64,000 nt of DNA from Cenarchaeum sp. (lineage in GTDB: Archaea > Thermoproteota > Nitrososphaeria > Nitrososphaerales > Nitrosopumilaceae): the NCBI GenBank assembly GCA_965242695.1, contig CBDESU010000002.1, positions 1,056,001 to 1,120,000 of the forward strand. Reading direction: 5' to 3'. The translations under genes and the position numbers were made by a program. Position 1 is the first letter of the stretch. Each line of letters opens with the position of its first letter. The notes below the pieces were generated by a model, which worked only from the letters and a program-made list of their open reading frames with translations, was not told the DNA's origin and made no database searches. Below are positions 48,461 through 58,900 of the stretch, in pieces.

Positions 48461-50062
48461 ATGCGCGCATCGGGCCGCCGGCCGAAGGGAGTCTCCCGGG
48501 CAGGGACGGGGGGCGCGGCGGCGCGCGGCAACAGCCGCAAGGCGCCGAGGCGGCCTACGTCCGGCCCAGCGCGCCGGCCTGCCAAAAGCGGGGTCCAGCC
48601 GCCGCCGGATGCCGCGCCGAGGCCCGAGTCGGCTAGGAATCTTGTAGAGCCGGCCGGCGAGGAATACGCGAGGAGGTTCCTTGCTGGCGTGCTCTTGGGC
48701 GATGCGGCCCTTGCCGAGCAGTTCGCGAAGGGCATGGGGTCCCCGCTGCCGGCGGGCCTGGACTACGGAAAGAGGGTGGACGAGGCATTCCGCGAGGCCG
48801 TGGCGGACGTCTCCATGGAGCGGGAGCGCGTTGCGTACGTAGACCTGGAAGGCGTGATGAAGTCGGCCGGCGAGTTTGAGAGGTCGGGCGATCTTGTCGA
48901 GGCCTCTAGGATATACGGCCAGATCGCCGGGGCGATCGTCGGCAACGAGGACCTTTCGTACCTGAAAGGCAACCACCTTGAAGCTGGGCCGGTGGCCGTC
49001 GGGAAGTGGGCCGAATGCCTCGACTGGAGCTCTCCGGAGCCGGCCAAGAGGCGGGCGGCCATAGGCCGGGCGTTCGGGATGTTCAAGAGGGGCGGCGTGC
49101 TCTGCGATGCGTACGGACATGCCATGATGGCGCTGTGCGACACGGACGCCGATCTCAGGCACCTGCTCGGCCTGGCGAGGCCCCACGCGCAGCCGCCCCG
49201 CGTCCCCCGCAGCGCGGGGAAGCGCGGCCGCGCCAAGGCGGGGCCTGCCTCCCTCTTGTTCGAGTCGTTGGTCGGCAGGATCGGCGGCCTCGAGAGCGGC
49301 GGCCCTCGAGAGGAGGGCGAAGGGGTGGGCATCGGGCGGATGGTGTCCGCCGTAGTCGAGATACTCGACCGGCTCGGCAGGGCCACGGACGCCAACAGGC
49401 TGATCGCCGGGCATGCGCGCCTCCATCCGGGGGCATGCGCGCTGCTCGTCAAGAGGCTAGCCGGCGCCGGCTCCAAGCAAGAGGCGGCCGGCGCCGCGGC
49501 GGCGGGGCTCGACCGGTTCGGGAACGATCCCGAGATCGCAGAGGCCGCCATGTCCATATACGGCAGGGGCGGTTCCTCGCGCGCCCGCTGCGCCATTCTC
49601 ACCGACCTGTTCATGCGCACGGCCGACGAGTCCTACTACGAAAGGCTCCGCGGGATGCCGGGGTGGAAGCGGGAGCGGCCGTCCTTCATACGCGCGGTTT
49701 CCGGGAATGCAAGGTTCAGGAGGTTCTTCCTCGTCGACATCCTCGTCCGGGAGGGCATGCACAAGAGGGCAATAGGCGAGATCGCCGCGTCGGGCCAGGT
49801 GGACCTGTTCGAGGCGTACCGCGCCAAGCTCTCGGCCGCGGAGCCGCGGGCGTACCTGGCCGCGTACGGCCGGTACGTCAAGACCCTCGGCGAGCGCGCC
49901 GCCACGGCCAAGCAGTACGCCAGCGTGTCAAAGCACCTGAAAAACATCTCTCGGGTGCGCGACGGCGGCAGGGATGCGGCAGCCAGCATTGCGGTAGCCC
50001 TGACCAGGAAGTATCCTGGCAAGCGCAAGCTCGCCGCCGCCCTCGCGCCGTTCCTGCGCTAG
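48461..50062 (+). CDS. SWIM-family-related helical protein lacking the SWIM finger
   Basis: LVREGMHKRA, AYLAAYGR, LFMRT.D.SYY..LRG.PGW.RER shared with 52164..54083. Confidence 0.8.
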   Translation: MRASGRRPKGVSRAGTGGAAARGNSRKAPRRPTSGPARRPAKSGVQPPPDAAPRPESARNLVEPAGEEYARRFLAGVLLGDAALAEQFAKGMGSPLPAGLDYGKRVDEAFREAVADVSMERERVAYVDLEGVMKSAGEFERSGDLVEASRIYGQIAGAIVGNEDLSYLKGNHLEAGPVAVGKWAECLDWSSPEPAKRRAAIGRAFGMFKRGGVLCDAYGHAMMALCDTDADLRHLLGLARPHAQPPRVPRSAGKRGRAKAGPASLLFESLVGRIGGLESGGPREEGEGVGIGRMVSAVVEILDRLGRATDANRLIAGHARLHPGACALLVKRLAGAGSKQEAAGAAAAGLDRFGNDPEIAEAAMSIYGRGGSSRARCAILTDLFMRTADESYYERLRGMPGWKRERPSFIRAVSGNARFRRFFLVDILVREGMHKRAIGEIAASGQVDLFEAYRAKLSAAEPRAYLAAYGRYVKTLGERAATAKQYASVSKHLKNISRVRDGGRDAAASIAVALTRKYPGKRKLAAALAPFLR

Positions 50063-50084
50063 GGGCCGCTTCCCGCCCCTTCCT

Positions 50085-51119
50085 TCAGAGCCTCCCCTTG
50101 ACGTAGTCGATGGCCGCAATCGGGGTCGGATCGACGCCCGACAGGACGGCCCTGTAGATCGTCGCGTAGTCGAGCAGGTACACGAGGTTGGCGACCTTTG
50201 AGAGTATGTCGCCGCCGACCGAGTCGACCGTGCGGAACTCTATCCCCCTGTCGCGGAACATCGACTCGAGTATGCCCCACCTCTGGCGCGTCTTTGCGTG
50301 GTCGTCGCGGCCGCGAACCATGACGGGCCTGCCGGCCGATCCCTTTCCGCCCCACCACGGGACGACCCCGTTGTGGCACGCCTCTATGACATCCTCGGCC
50401 ATGGCGTGCATCTTTGCATTCTCCTGCAGCGAGTTCTTGAACCGGATCGCCGCCGCGCGCAGGCCTGCCGGATAGTACACTATGGGCACTCCGGACAGCC
50501 ACCCGGCCAGGGACAGGGCGGGGTTTGCCTCCTCGTCCAGGCTTTGCGACCCTATGCGGTCCCTCAGGGCGGACATGTGCGATATCGAGTCGGGGACGCA
50601 CTTTGCCGCGCCCTCGGGCAGGACGGGCCCGAGGGCCCTGATCATCCCGTACAGGAACGGCGCGAACGACGCGCGCGGCGAGTGGCGCGCCTCGATCCTG
50701 CGGTGCGGCATGCCCCTGTCGGCGCAGAGCCGCTCCATCCGGCCGCCGCCCGAGAAGCCGACTGCCAGGCACCCCCTCCTGCCGGCCTCGTCGAGGACGG
50801 CGAGCGCCTCTTCCGTGTTGCCGGACACGCTCGTGGCGACGACCACGGTGTCGCGCGAGGCGACCCTGGGCAGCACGTACCCCTTTGCGACGTCGACGTG
50901 CACGCCGGCCTTGGACAGGACGGCGGCCATCGCGTCGCCGACCGTCCCCGACCCGCCCATCCCGGCGAACACAAAGTGCCGCGTCTGCCCGCAGGTCTGC
51001 AGGTCGACCGGCTCGGGCCCCTCGGGGCCGCCCTCCCTCGCGGCCGCCTCGGGCCACTTGTCGTACACGGCGCAGATCCCGGACGAGTCGCACCTGGCAA
51101 GCGCGCCGGCGTCGAGCAT
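50085..51119 (-). CDS. Bifunctional phosphoglucose/phosphomannose isomerase (SIS domain)
   Basis: FAGMGGSG, SVSGNTEE, RFKNSLQENAK, EACHN. Confidence 0.88.
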   Translation of the reverse strand: MLDAGALARCDSSGICAVYDKWPEAAAREGGPEGPEPVDLQTCGQTRHFVFAGMGGSGTVGDAMAAVLSKAGVHVDVAKGYVLPRVASRDTVVVATSVSGNTEEALAVLDEAGRRGCLAVGFSGGGRMERLCADRGMPHRRIEARHSPRASFAPFLYGMIRALGPVLPEGAAKCVPDSISHMSALRDRIGSQSLDEEANPALSLAGWLSGVPIVYYPAGLRAAAIRFKNSLQENAKMHAMAEDVIEACHNGVVPWWGGKGSAGRPVMVRGRDDHAKTRQRWGILESMFRDRGIEFRTVDSVGGDILSKVANLVYLLDYATIYRAVLSGVDPTPIAAIDYVKGRL

Positions 51120-51439
51120 GCGGCGGCGGCGGCGCATGGCCGAATAAATGTACGCGCGCCGGCGGCGCCGGCAGCGGCGAAATTGCGTGCCCGCCCCTGA
51201 GCCGCCCGGATGCCGGCCTTCTGCCGCGGCAGTGATCGGAATGCCTGCCGCCTCGGGTGCCGGGGCCGGGCGTGGCGCGCGCCCCTCCGTGGCGTGGGCA
51301 CGTGTTGCGATGCGCCGACCTCCGCCGCCTCTTGGCACGGGCGGTTGCACCTACGCCTCTCATGGCCCTCTTCCGCCCCTCCGCCCCGCCGGGCCGCCTG
51401 GCTGTCATGCTTTTATGCTAGTATGGACGCCCCGAAGCC

Positions 51440-51856
51440 GTGAAGCAGGCGCTATCCCTTGCAGAAGTGCGCGAGCGCAACGAGGTTCGCATCCATTCCG
51501 AATGGAGGCAGATGCCGCAGGACATCCTGATCGTATTCGCCAGCTTTGTCGTGCGCGAGGTGGCATCCGCCGCCACGACGGTGGCCAAGAACGCAGACCG
51601 GTTCGACATTGCCGTGCGGGGCGGGATCGAGCGCCGCAAGAGGATGCCGCGGGGCCACCCGCCGATACTGGGCGTAGAGCACGCGGATCCCGTCTTCATG
51701 ACAGTCATGGTCCACTGCTCCATGGCGCAGGTCGTCGAGCTGCTCGAGTACGGCATGCCCGAGGACATGTCCGTCGTGCCGATACCGCGCAAGAGGTACG
51801 ACGACTGGCGGAAGCGGGCAGTGCGCAGGCGCGCCAGGCCGGCGAAGAGATCCTGA
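51440..51856 (+). CDS. Hypothetical protein (138 aa)
   Basis: TTTTATG box at ~51410; host-like codon bias. Confidence 0.65.
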   Translation: MKQALSLAEVRERNEVRIHSEWRQMPQDILIVFASFVVREVASAATTVAKNADRFDIAVRGGIERRKRMPRGHPPILGVEHADPVFMTVMVHCSMAQVVELLEYGMPEDMSVVPIPRKRYDDWRKRAVRRRARPAKRS

Positions 51857-52163
51857 GGGCGCGCACCGCACCTGCACGGGAGCCTCCATGTCCTTTGATC
51901 CTAGCATGCGCAGGGGCGGCATGCCGACCGCCGCCCGATGCACGCTTCGACAGGGGCACCGGCACCGATCTGGACGCCGACATTCTGGATGAACCGCCAT
52001 GTCCCCACATGCTCCGCCATGCCCCGCGATCCCGCCGCGCGTCTGGCGTCCCCGGGCGGGCCGTCAGGCCTTGCCGTGCTGTCCGGCAGCCGCATGCGCG
52101 GAGCAGCGGCCGGCGCCGGGCGCGCCCCGCTGGGGATTTATCGCCCGCATCCGGCCGCGCCGC

Positions 52164-54083
52164 ATGGGACTGCCTGACCTGACGGTCGATAGGATCAGGC
52201 GGGTGTGCACGGCGCAGTCGTACGAGCGCGGCGCCAGCTACTACAACTCTGGCCGCATCACGTCCGTGCGGCTGGCCGACGGTGCGGTCAGGGCCATCGT
52301 CGAGGGCACCGACGTGTACAATGTCGAGCTTGCCTGGAATGGCGGGGATGGCAAGTACTACTGCGACTGCCCCTACTCGTACGAGGGAGAGTGCAAGCAT
52401 GTGGTCGCGGTCCTGCTCCATGTCAGGGACCACTCTGCCGAAATGATCCGCGAGGCCAAGAGTGCATTGTTGGCGGCCAAGAGGCTGCTCGACGGGGCCG
52501 GCGAGGGGCGCCTGCGCGAGTTCCTTGCCGTCGAGATGGCCGGCGATCCGGCCCTTGCCGAGAGGTTTGCAAGGGGCGCAGGCGCCCCACTGCCGGCCGC
52601 CGCCGGCCCTGCCGATCCTTCCGAGGAAGATGAAGAGGAAGAAGAGGCGGACGAAGCGGGGGGTGGTAAAGGGCCATCAGAGGGCGCCGCCGTGGACTAC
52701 TTCGACAGGGTCTCGTCCATGTACCGCGCCGAGACGGCCGCCTGGCGAAGGGCCGGCGCCACGGGATGCGACGACTACGGCCACATCGACCTCAAGGGCC
52801 CGATGGGAGAGGCCGCCGCCCTTGCAAGGTCGGGCGACATGGCCGGCGCGTCAAGGGCGTACGGCCAGATCGCCTCGGCCGTGTCCGACTACATAGACGA
52901 GGTGATCGGCAGCCATGGCCCCCACCTCCGCGCGGCCCGAACCGCAATTGCAAGGTGGGCTACGTGCATGGACAAGAGCGGCCCCACGGACGACGAGCGC
53001 CGCGAGTGCGTATCCGACGCGCTTTCCGGCTACCGCGGCGACGCCCGCTTCTCGGCCGCCTACGAGTCGGCCTTGTGGTCGCTGTGCAGGTCCGACGGCG
53101 ACCTTGTCCACCTGCTCGACCTGGTCGCGCCGCACATGCCGGATCCCATCCCGGCCGACGGGAGCGAGGGGGCCGGCTCGCGCCGCGTCAAGAGGGTCAC
53201 GGGGCCCCTCCGCAGGCGCCGCCGCGATCTCATCGAGCAAGAGTCCCCCGAGCGCATCCGCATGCTGCGCATCCAGGTCGGGGCCCTAGAGAGGCTCGGC
53301 CGCAAGAGGGACATCGACCGGCTCTTGAAGGAGCACGGAAGGGCGGACCCGGCCGCATGCGCGATGCGGGTGGGGCGCCTGGCCGGGTCCGGCGACAAGG
53401 CGGGGGCGGTGCGCGCCGCCGACAAGGGACTCGACCTGTTCGGCAACGACGAGCGGATCATGGCAGCCGCCGAGGCCGTGTACGGCGGGCGCGAGGCCGG
53501 CCGCGTGCCCGTCCTGTCGGGGCTGTTCATGCGCACGCTCGACTGGTCGTACTACGACAAGCTCCGCGGGCTGCCGGGATGGCGGCGCGAGCGCGCCGCC
53601 GTCCTCGAGTGGCTGTCTAGCGACGAGGATAGGTACGAAATGCTCGTCAGGATGCTCGTCAGCGAGGGCATGCACGGCAGGGCGCTGCGCGAGATTGCAG
53701 AGGGCGACGATGCGGCGCTGTTCGCAGAGTACGCCGAGGCCGTTGCCGCCGGCCGCCCCCGCGCGTACCTTGCCGCGTACGGGAGATGCGTCGCGGGGCT
53801 TGCGGACAGCGCCCGCTCAAGCTGGGACTATTCGCGCGTAGCGCAGCACCTCAAGCACATGTCCGGCATCGAGGGCGGCAGGGAGGCGGCGGCCCGCATC
53901 GCCGCCGACATAGTGGCAAGGAACCCGAGCAAGCGGGCGCACCTCAAGGCGCTTGCGCCGTACGTCAAGAGGGCGAGTGCAAGGACGAGCGCGGCGGCTG
54001 CGCGTTCAGGCGGCGGATCCCGGGCGGGCGGGCCTCGCGCCGCCCGCGGACGCGCGCGGCCGGCATCTTCTCGGAAGCGCTGA
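52164..54083 (+). CDS. SWIM zinc-finger protein with helical C-terminal region
   Basis: SYERG..YY..G.I, VEGTDVYNV, CDCPYSYEGECKHVVAVLL; ATTTAT box at ~52136. Confidence 0.88.
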   Translation: MGLPDLTVDRIRRVCTAQSYERGASYYNSGRITSVRLADGAVRAIVEGTDVYNVELAWNGGDGKYYCDCPYSYEGECKHVVAVLLHVRDHSAEMIREAKSALLAAKRLLDGAGEGRLREFLAVEMAGDPALAERFARGAGAPLPAAAGPADPSEEDEEEEEADEAGGGKGPSEGAAVDYFDRVSSMYRAETAAWRRAGATGCDDYGHIDLKGPMGEAAALARSGDMAGASRAYGQIASAVSDYIDEVIGSHGPHLRAARTAIARWATCMDKSGPTDDERRECVSDALSGYRGDARFSAAYESALWSLCRSDGDLVHLLDLVAPHMPDPIPADGSEGAGSRRVKRVTGPLRRRRRDLIEQESPERIRMLRIQVGALERLGRKRDIDRLLKEHGRADPAACAMRVGRLAGSGDKAGAVRAADKGLDLFGNDERIMAAAEAVYGGREAGRVPVLSGLFMRTLDWSYYDKLRGLPGWRRERAAVLEWLSSDEDRYEMLVRMLVSEGMHGRALREIAEGDDAALFAEYAEAVAAGRPRAYLAAYGRCVAGLADSARSSWDYSRVAQHLKHMSGIEGGREAAARIAADIVARNPSKRAHLKALAPYVKRASARTSAAAARSGGGSRAGGPRAARGRARPASSRKR

Positions 54084-54131
54084 TCGCGCCTCTGCCCGCC
54101 CGATTAAATAGCGCCGCCTGGCCGGCGTTCC

Positions 54132-55229
54132 ATGGGCGAGTCCGAACCCGGCGGCTCCGCGACGCCCCGCGCCGGCCTGCTGACGGTGCGGTGGGAGGAC
54201 GATGGCGGCCGCGTCGTAATGGTAGACCAGACGCGCCTGCCAGGCGAGCTCGTGCTGGTCACGTACGACACGCACGAGCAGGTGGCCGACGCGATACGGC
54301 GCCTCGTGGTGCGCGGAGCGCCGGCGATCGGCGTGTCCGGAGCGTTCGGTCTGGCGCTTGCCGCCTGCAGGAGCAATGCGGAAACGGCAGGGCGCATGGT
54401 CGAGGACCTGGAAAGGGCCGCTGCCGTGCTCGTCGCCACGCGGCCGACGGCCGTCAACCTAAAGTGGGCGCTAGACCGCGTCATGCGGGCGGCCAGGTCC
54501 GCGGCATCGGGCCCGTCCGCCGCGCCCGGTTCGGTGCGGGATGCCGCCGTGTCCGAGGCGCGCGCAATGGCCGACGAGGACGTGCGCACCAACCGTACCC
54601 TCGGCGCCAACGGGGCCGCGCTGCTCGGCGACGGCGAGACCGTAATGACGCACTGCAACGCCGGCGCGCTCGCGACTGTCGCGTACGGGACGGCGCTCGG
54701 CGTCATCCGGGCCGCCCGCGACGGCGGCAAGGGCGTGCGCGTCATTGCCACCGAGACGCGCCCCGTCCAGCAGGGCTCTAGGCTCACGGCGTTCGAGCTC
54801 CGGCACGACGGCATAGACATCAGCCTCATACCCGACACGGCCGTCGGGTACGCGATGTCGCGGGGGATGGTCGACCGCGTCGTCGTCGGCGCCGACCGCG
54901 TCCTGCGCACGGGCCACGTGTACAACAAGATCGGCACGTACCAGGTCGCCGCCATGGCGCGGCGGCACGGCGTGCCGTTCTACGTGGCAGCCCCGCTCTC
55001 GACGTTCGACATGGACAGCTCGCCGGCCGACGTCGTCATCGAGCAGCGCCCCGCGGACGAGGTCACGGGGACGGCCGGGCGCCGCACGGCGCCCGACGGC
55101 ATCGGCGTCATCAACCCAGCATTCGACGAGACGCCGCCCGAGCTCGTCTCGGCCATCATAACCGAGGCCGGCGTGGCCGAGCCGCCGTACGATGCGAGCA
55201 TACCGGGGTTATTCAAAGCTAATCTTTAG
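54132..55229 (+). CDS. mtnA: S-methyl-5-thioribose-1-phosphate isomerase
   Basis: DQTRLP, VRGAPAIG, TRPTAVNL, THCNAGALAT..YGTALG, ETRP..QG.RLTA.EL, GADR, NKIGTY, NPAFD.TP. Confidence 0.94.
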   Translation: MGESEPGGSATPRAGLLTVRWEDDGGRVVMVDQTRLPGELVLVTYDTHEQVADAIRRLVVRGAPAIGVSGAFGLALAACRSNAETAGRMVEDLERAAAVLVATRPTAVNLKWALDRVMRAARSAASGPSAAPGSVRDAAVSEARAMADEDVRTNRTLGANGAALLGDGETVMTHCNAGALATVAYGTALGVIRAARDGGKGVRVIATETRPVQQGSRLTAFELRHDGIDISLIPDTAVGYAMSRGMVDRVVVGADRVLRTGHVYNKIGTYQVAAMARRHGVPFYVAAPLSTFDMDSSPADVVIEQRPADEVTGTAGRRTAPDGIGVINPAFDETPPELVSAIITEAGVAEPPYDASIPGLFKANL

Positions 55230-55264
55230 AAGGTATTTAACGACTGCCCGGGGCCGCCGGCCCG

Positions 55265-55957
55265 ATGGGAACCGTCAAGGCGGAGGCGGTAATGGACTCG
55301 CTGCGCTCCTGCATGGATCCAGAGGTGCCGATCAACATCGTCGACATGGGCCTCGTGTACGGCGTCGACGTGGCCGACAACGACGACGTGAACATTAGAA
55401 TGACCATGACGACGCGGGGGTGCCCCCTCCACGACACGCTCGTCTCGGACGTGACGCGCTACGCAAAGAAGGTGCCGGGCGTGAACGGCGTAAGGGTCGA
55501 CATCGTGTGGGACCCGCCGTGGACCATGGACAAGCTCTCGGACGAGGCACGCCGGACGCTCGACAAGATGCGCTCGGCGATGGCCGGCCCGCTCAACACG
55601 CCGGCGCCCATAGACTACGAGACGGCCACGCCGCAGGGCGTCGGCAAGATCGTAAAGCAGGAGGACGGCTCGATGGTTCTCGCCAACGAGCACGACCAGG
55701 GGTTCATGGTGAACCAGGCGATCGTCGACTTTTGGAGGTCGTGCAACGGGCAGCGCAAGATCACCGAGCTCGTCGGCATGTTTGCGCAGCAGACGGGCAT
55801 GCAGCGCGGACAGGTCGAAAAGGAGGTGCTGCAGCTGGTCAACCAGCTGCGCGACGGCGGGCTGCTTGTGATACCGAGTGCAGGGAGTGAACCCGTAGAC
55901 GCAGTTGCTGGTTCGTATCCGCCCAATACCCCAAACGTTGAGTTTAAACGTAAGTAG
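55265..55957 (+). CDS. DUF59/MIP18 Fe-S assembly domain protein with C-terminal PqqD-like domain
   Basis: DPEVPINIVDMGLVY, MT..GCP, VWDPPW; C-terminal N.....FW..C.G......L...L..L...GL. Confidence 0.85.
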   Translation: MGTVKAEAVMDSLRSCMDPEVPINIVDMGLVYGVDVADNDDVNIRMTMTTRGCPLHDTLVSDVTRYAKKVPGVNGVRVDIVWDPPWTMDKLSDEARRTLDKMRSAMAGPLNTPAPIDYETATPQGVGKIVKQEDGSMVLANEHDQGFMVNQAIVDFWRSCNGQRKITELVGMFAQQTGMQRGQVEKEVLQLVNQLRDGGLLVIPSAGSEPVDAVAGSYPPNTPNVEFKRK

Positions 55958-55971
55958 AGTGGTGACTCACG

Positions 55972-58900
55972 ATGTCTACCGCTAGCGATGCAGGGTTAAC
56001 ATTTGATAAACTACTTGCCACAATCCGTAGTGAACCTAACAAGTCAAAAAGAGGCACTAAATTTGAAGAGTTGGTGGTAAACTTTTTTAAAAAAGACACT
56101 ACTTATAAAAACTATTTCTCGACAGTGTGGTGGTTTAAAGACTGGCCTGAGCGAAATCGCCGTGACACGGGTATTGACATTGTCGGTCAAATTGCTGATA
56201 CAGGAGAATATGTAGGAATACAATGTAAATGCTATGACGATAACACGCCGTTAGATTATGCCGGAGTGACAAAATTTCTTACAGCATGCAAGAGCTATGG
56301 TATATCTAAATATATTTATGCATGCACAAGTGATAAAATCACACCTGAATCCGAACGGACGATACGCGAAAACAAGATTGCCCTGTTAAACAAATCTAGC
56401 TTTCGTAAATGTTCAATCAAAAACTGGAGCTCACACTTTGACAAGATAATCGTCACGGAACCCAAAGCGCTTAGGCGTGATCAAGAAAAGGTCTGCAGTG
56501 ATGTCATAAATGGTTTCAAAAGTCACTCTCGTGGAAAGCTCTTGATGGCATGCGGTACGGGTAAAACTATTACCTCGCTCAGAATTGCTGAAAAATTAGA
56601 GTGCAAGACGGTGTTGTACTTGGTACCGTCCATATCACTCATACAGCAGACAATGAGAGAGTGGTCGGATAATTCTCTTGGCAAGTATCAATACATCGCT
56701 GTTTGTTCTGACGATTCTGCTGGACGTGATGAGGGAGGACAAATCTATGAGCTTGAACGCCCTCCATCCACCAACGCAGCCAGTTTCATTGAGCAACTCT
56801 CAAGACGTGATTTGTATGACATGTGCGTCATTTTTTCTACGTACCAGTCAATTGATATCGTGGCTTCTGGCCTTGACAAACTCGGGGGGGGGGGGGCGCG
56901 GCTGGCGAAAAGACACAAATTGATCTAATACTTTGTGATGAAGCACACAAGACTGCCACCAAGATACATTCCAGCGCAAACAATACGACAAAGTATGTTG
57001 GCTACTATGGTAAAATCCATGATGATGAATTCATTGCAGGCAAAAGGCGCCTTTACATGACTGCCACCCCAAAAATTTACGAAAGCAATAATAAAGACGT
57101 ATATTCAATGAACGACGAAGAAGTGTTTGGCCCCACGTTCAGCATCATATCATTTTATGATGCCGTTCATGGCAAAGAACGTATACTGTCTGACTTTAAG
57201 GTTAAGATAGCTATTTTGCCCGAAGATCGACTTCCTCAATACTTGGGAATTGTTGAGAGCCTGCGTGATCCGAACACTCCTGAAAATACAAAACTTAAAG
57301 CGAAATTGTTAGAACATAAGGCAAAATGTGCGGCCGCGTGGCATGGTATACTAAAACCTGGCGATGATCCGCTAATGAACAAGCCACTTCAAAAAGTTAT
57401 CGTCTTTACCAACACTATTGAAAAATCAAAGGTGTTTGCAGGTGCCATTGAAAAAAAAGAACATGGAAGTTTCACTGCAATCGCAAGTGAGTATAATGCA
57501 CACTATAGGATTCCACAATTGTCCTCTATAAAACACATTGACGGCACAATGTTATCATACCAACGTCGCCTTGGTTTAGATTGGCTAGATCAAAGCAGTG
57601 ATCACCCGAACGAAACTCGCATCATTTCCAATGCAAAGTGTCTATCAGAGGGAGTTGACGTGCCGAGCCTTGATGGGGTAATTTTTATGGAGCCCAAACG
57701 ATCGACAGTTGACGTTGTTCAATCTGTGGGCCGGGTCATGCGTACTGCACCAGATAAAGATTTTGGTTATGTAATATTGCCTGTCGTTGTACCTGGTGGT
57801 TCTTCAGCTGACGAAATACTCAAAAATAGCAGCTTCGCGCATGTGTGGGAAGTGTTAAACGCACTCCGTTCTCATGATCCTAGATTAATTGCCGAACTTA
57901 GCTCTGCTGGATTGGTACGCGATCCCTCTTCACGCAACGGAACCGGCACTCCTCGCATCCAAGTAGATTTTTTGGGCATTGATCCACAAAAGGAAGCACA
58001 ACTATACGCCGACCTTACTTTGGCGATGCGCTCAAAGCTCGTCAAAAAAGTTGGAACTATCGACTATGTTCAAAAGTATGGGGCCAAATTAGGTGCCTAT
58101 GCCAAAAAAATCAAAGATTATATCGATGTTCAGTACAGTAAAAATTCGAACACGATGAAAACAATGGATAAATTTCATCATGATATGAAATTACTGATAA
58201 ATTCTAGCGTGACAATTAATGACTCAATTAAAATGATATCACAACATGTCATATTAAAACATGTTTTCGATGCACTATTTTATGATGATTTTGCTAGTGA
58301 AAACCCCGTGTCTAAAAAACTTGACTCTGTACTAAAATCTTTAAATCTTGGAAATGTCCTTGCCGGCCTTGGAGACTTTTATGAAGATGTGCGGCGTGAA
58401 ACGGAAGTAATTAATAATTCACCTGATGAAGATGAAAAGCATGTGCGACGGCAAGAATTCATGAGGCGTATATATGAAAGCTTCATAACTAGTTCTGATA
58501 AAAAAACATCCATAGAAAAAGGCATTGTCTATACACCTGTCGAAATAGCAGATTTTATTATTAATAGTGTTCAACACTTATTAAAAACAAGAATTAAAAA
58601 AACACTTGGCCAGTATGATGTACAAATACTTGAGCCATTTGCAGGCACCGGTACATTCTTAACAAGATCAATTGACTTGGGACTATTAGACAGGTCGTTG
58701 CCTCAAAAATACTTTACTAGCATGCATGCAAATGAAATTGTACTACTTGCATATTACATTGCGGCAGTCAACATGGAAACCGTCTATGCACGGCGTATGA
58801 AAAAGCTTGGCCAAAAAGTTAAATACTCACCATTTCCCAATATTAACTACACAGATACATTAAAACAGAATCCTCGTGAACATCTTGTTGGATCGGTTGC

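Noticed and set aside
47390-50062. Integrated element at tRNA-Val
   Set aside because: No integrase, no duplicated tRNA 3' end and no GC shift seen
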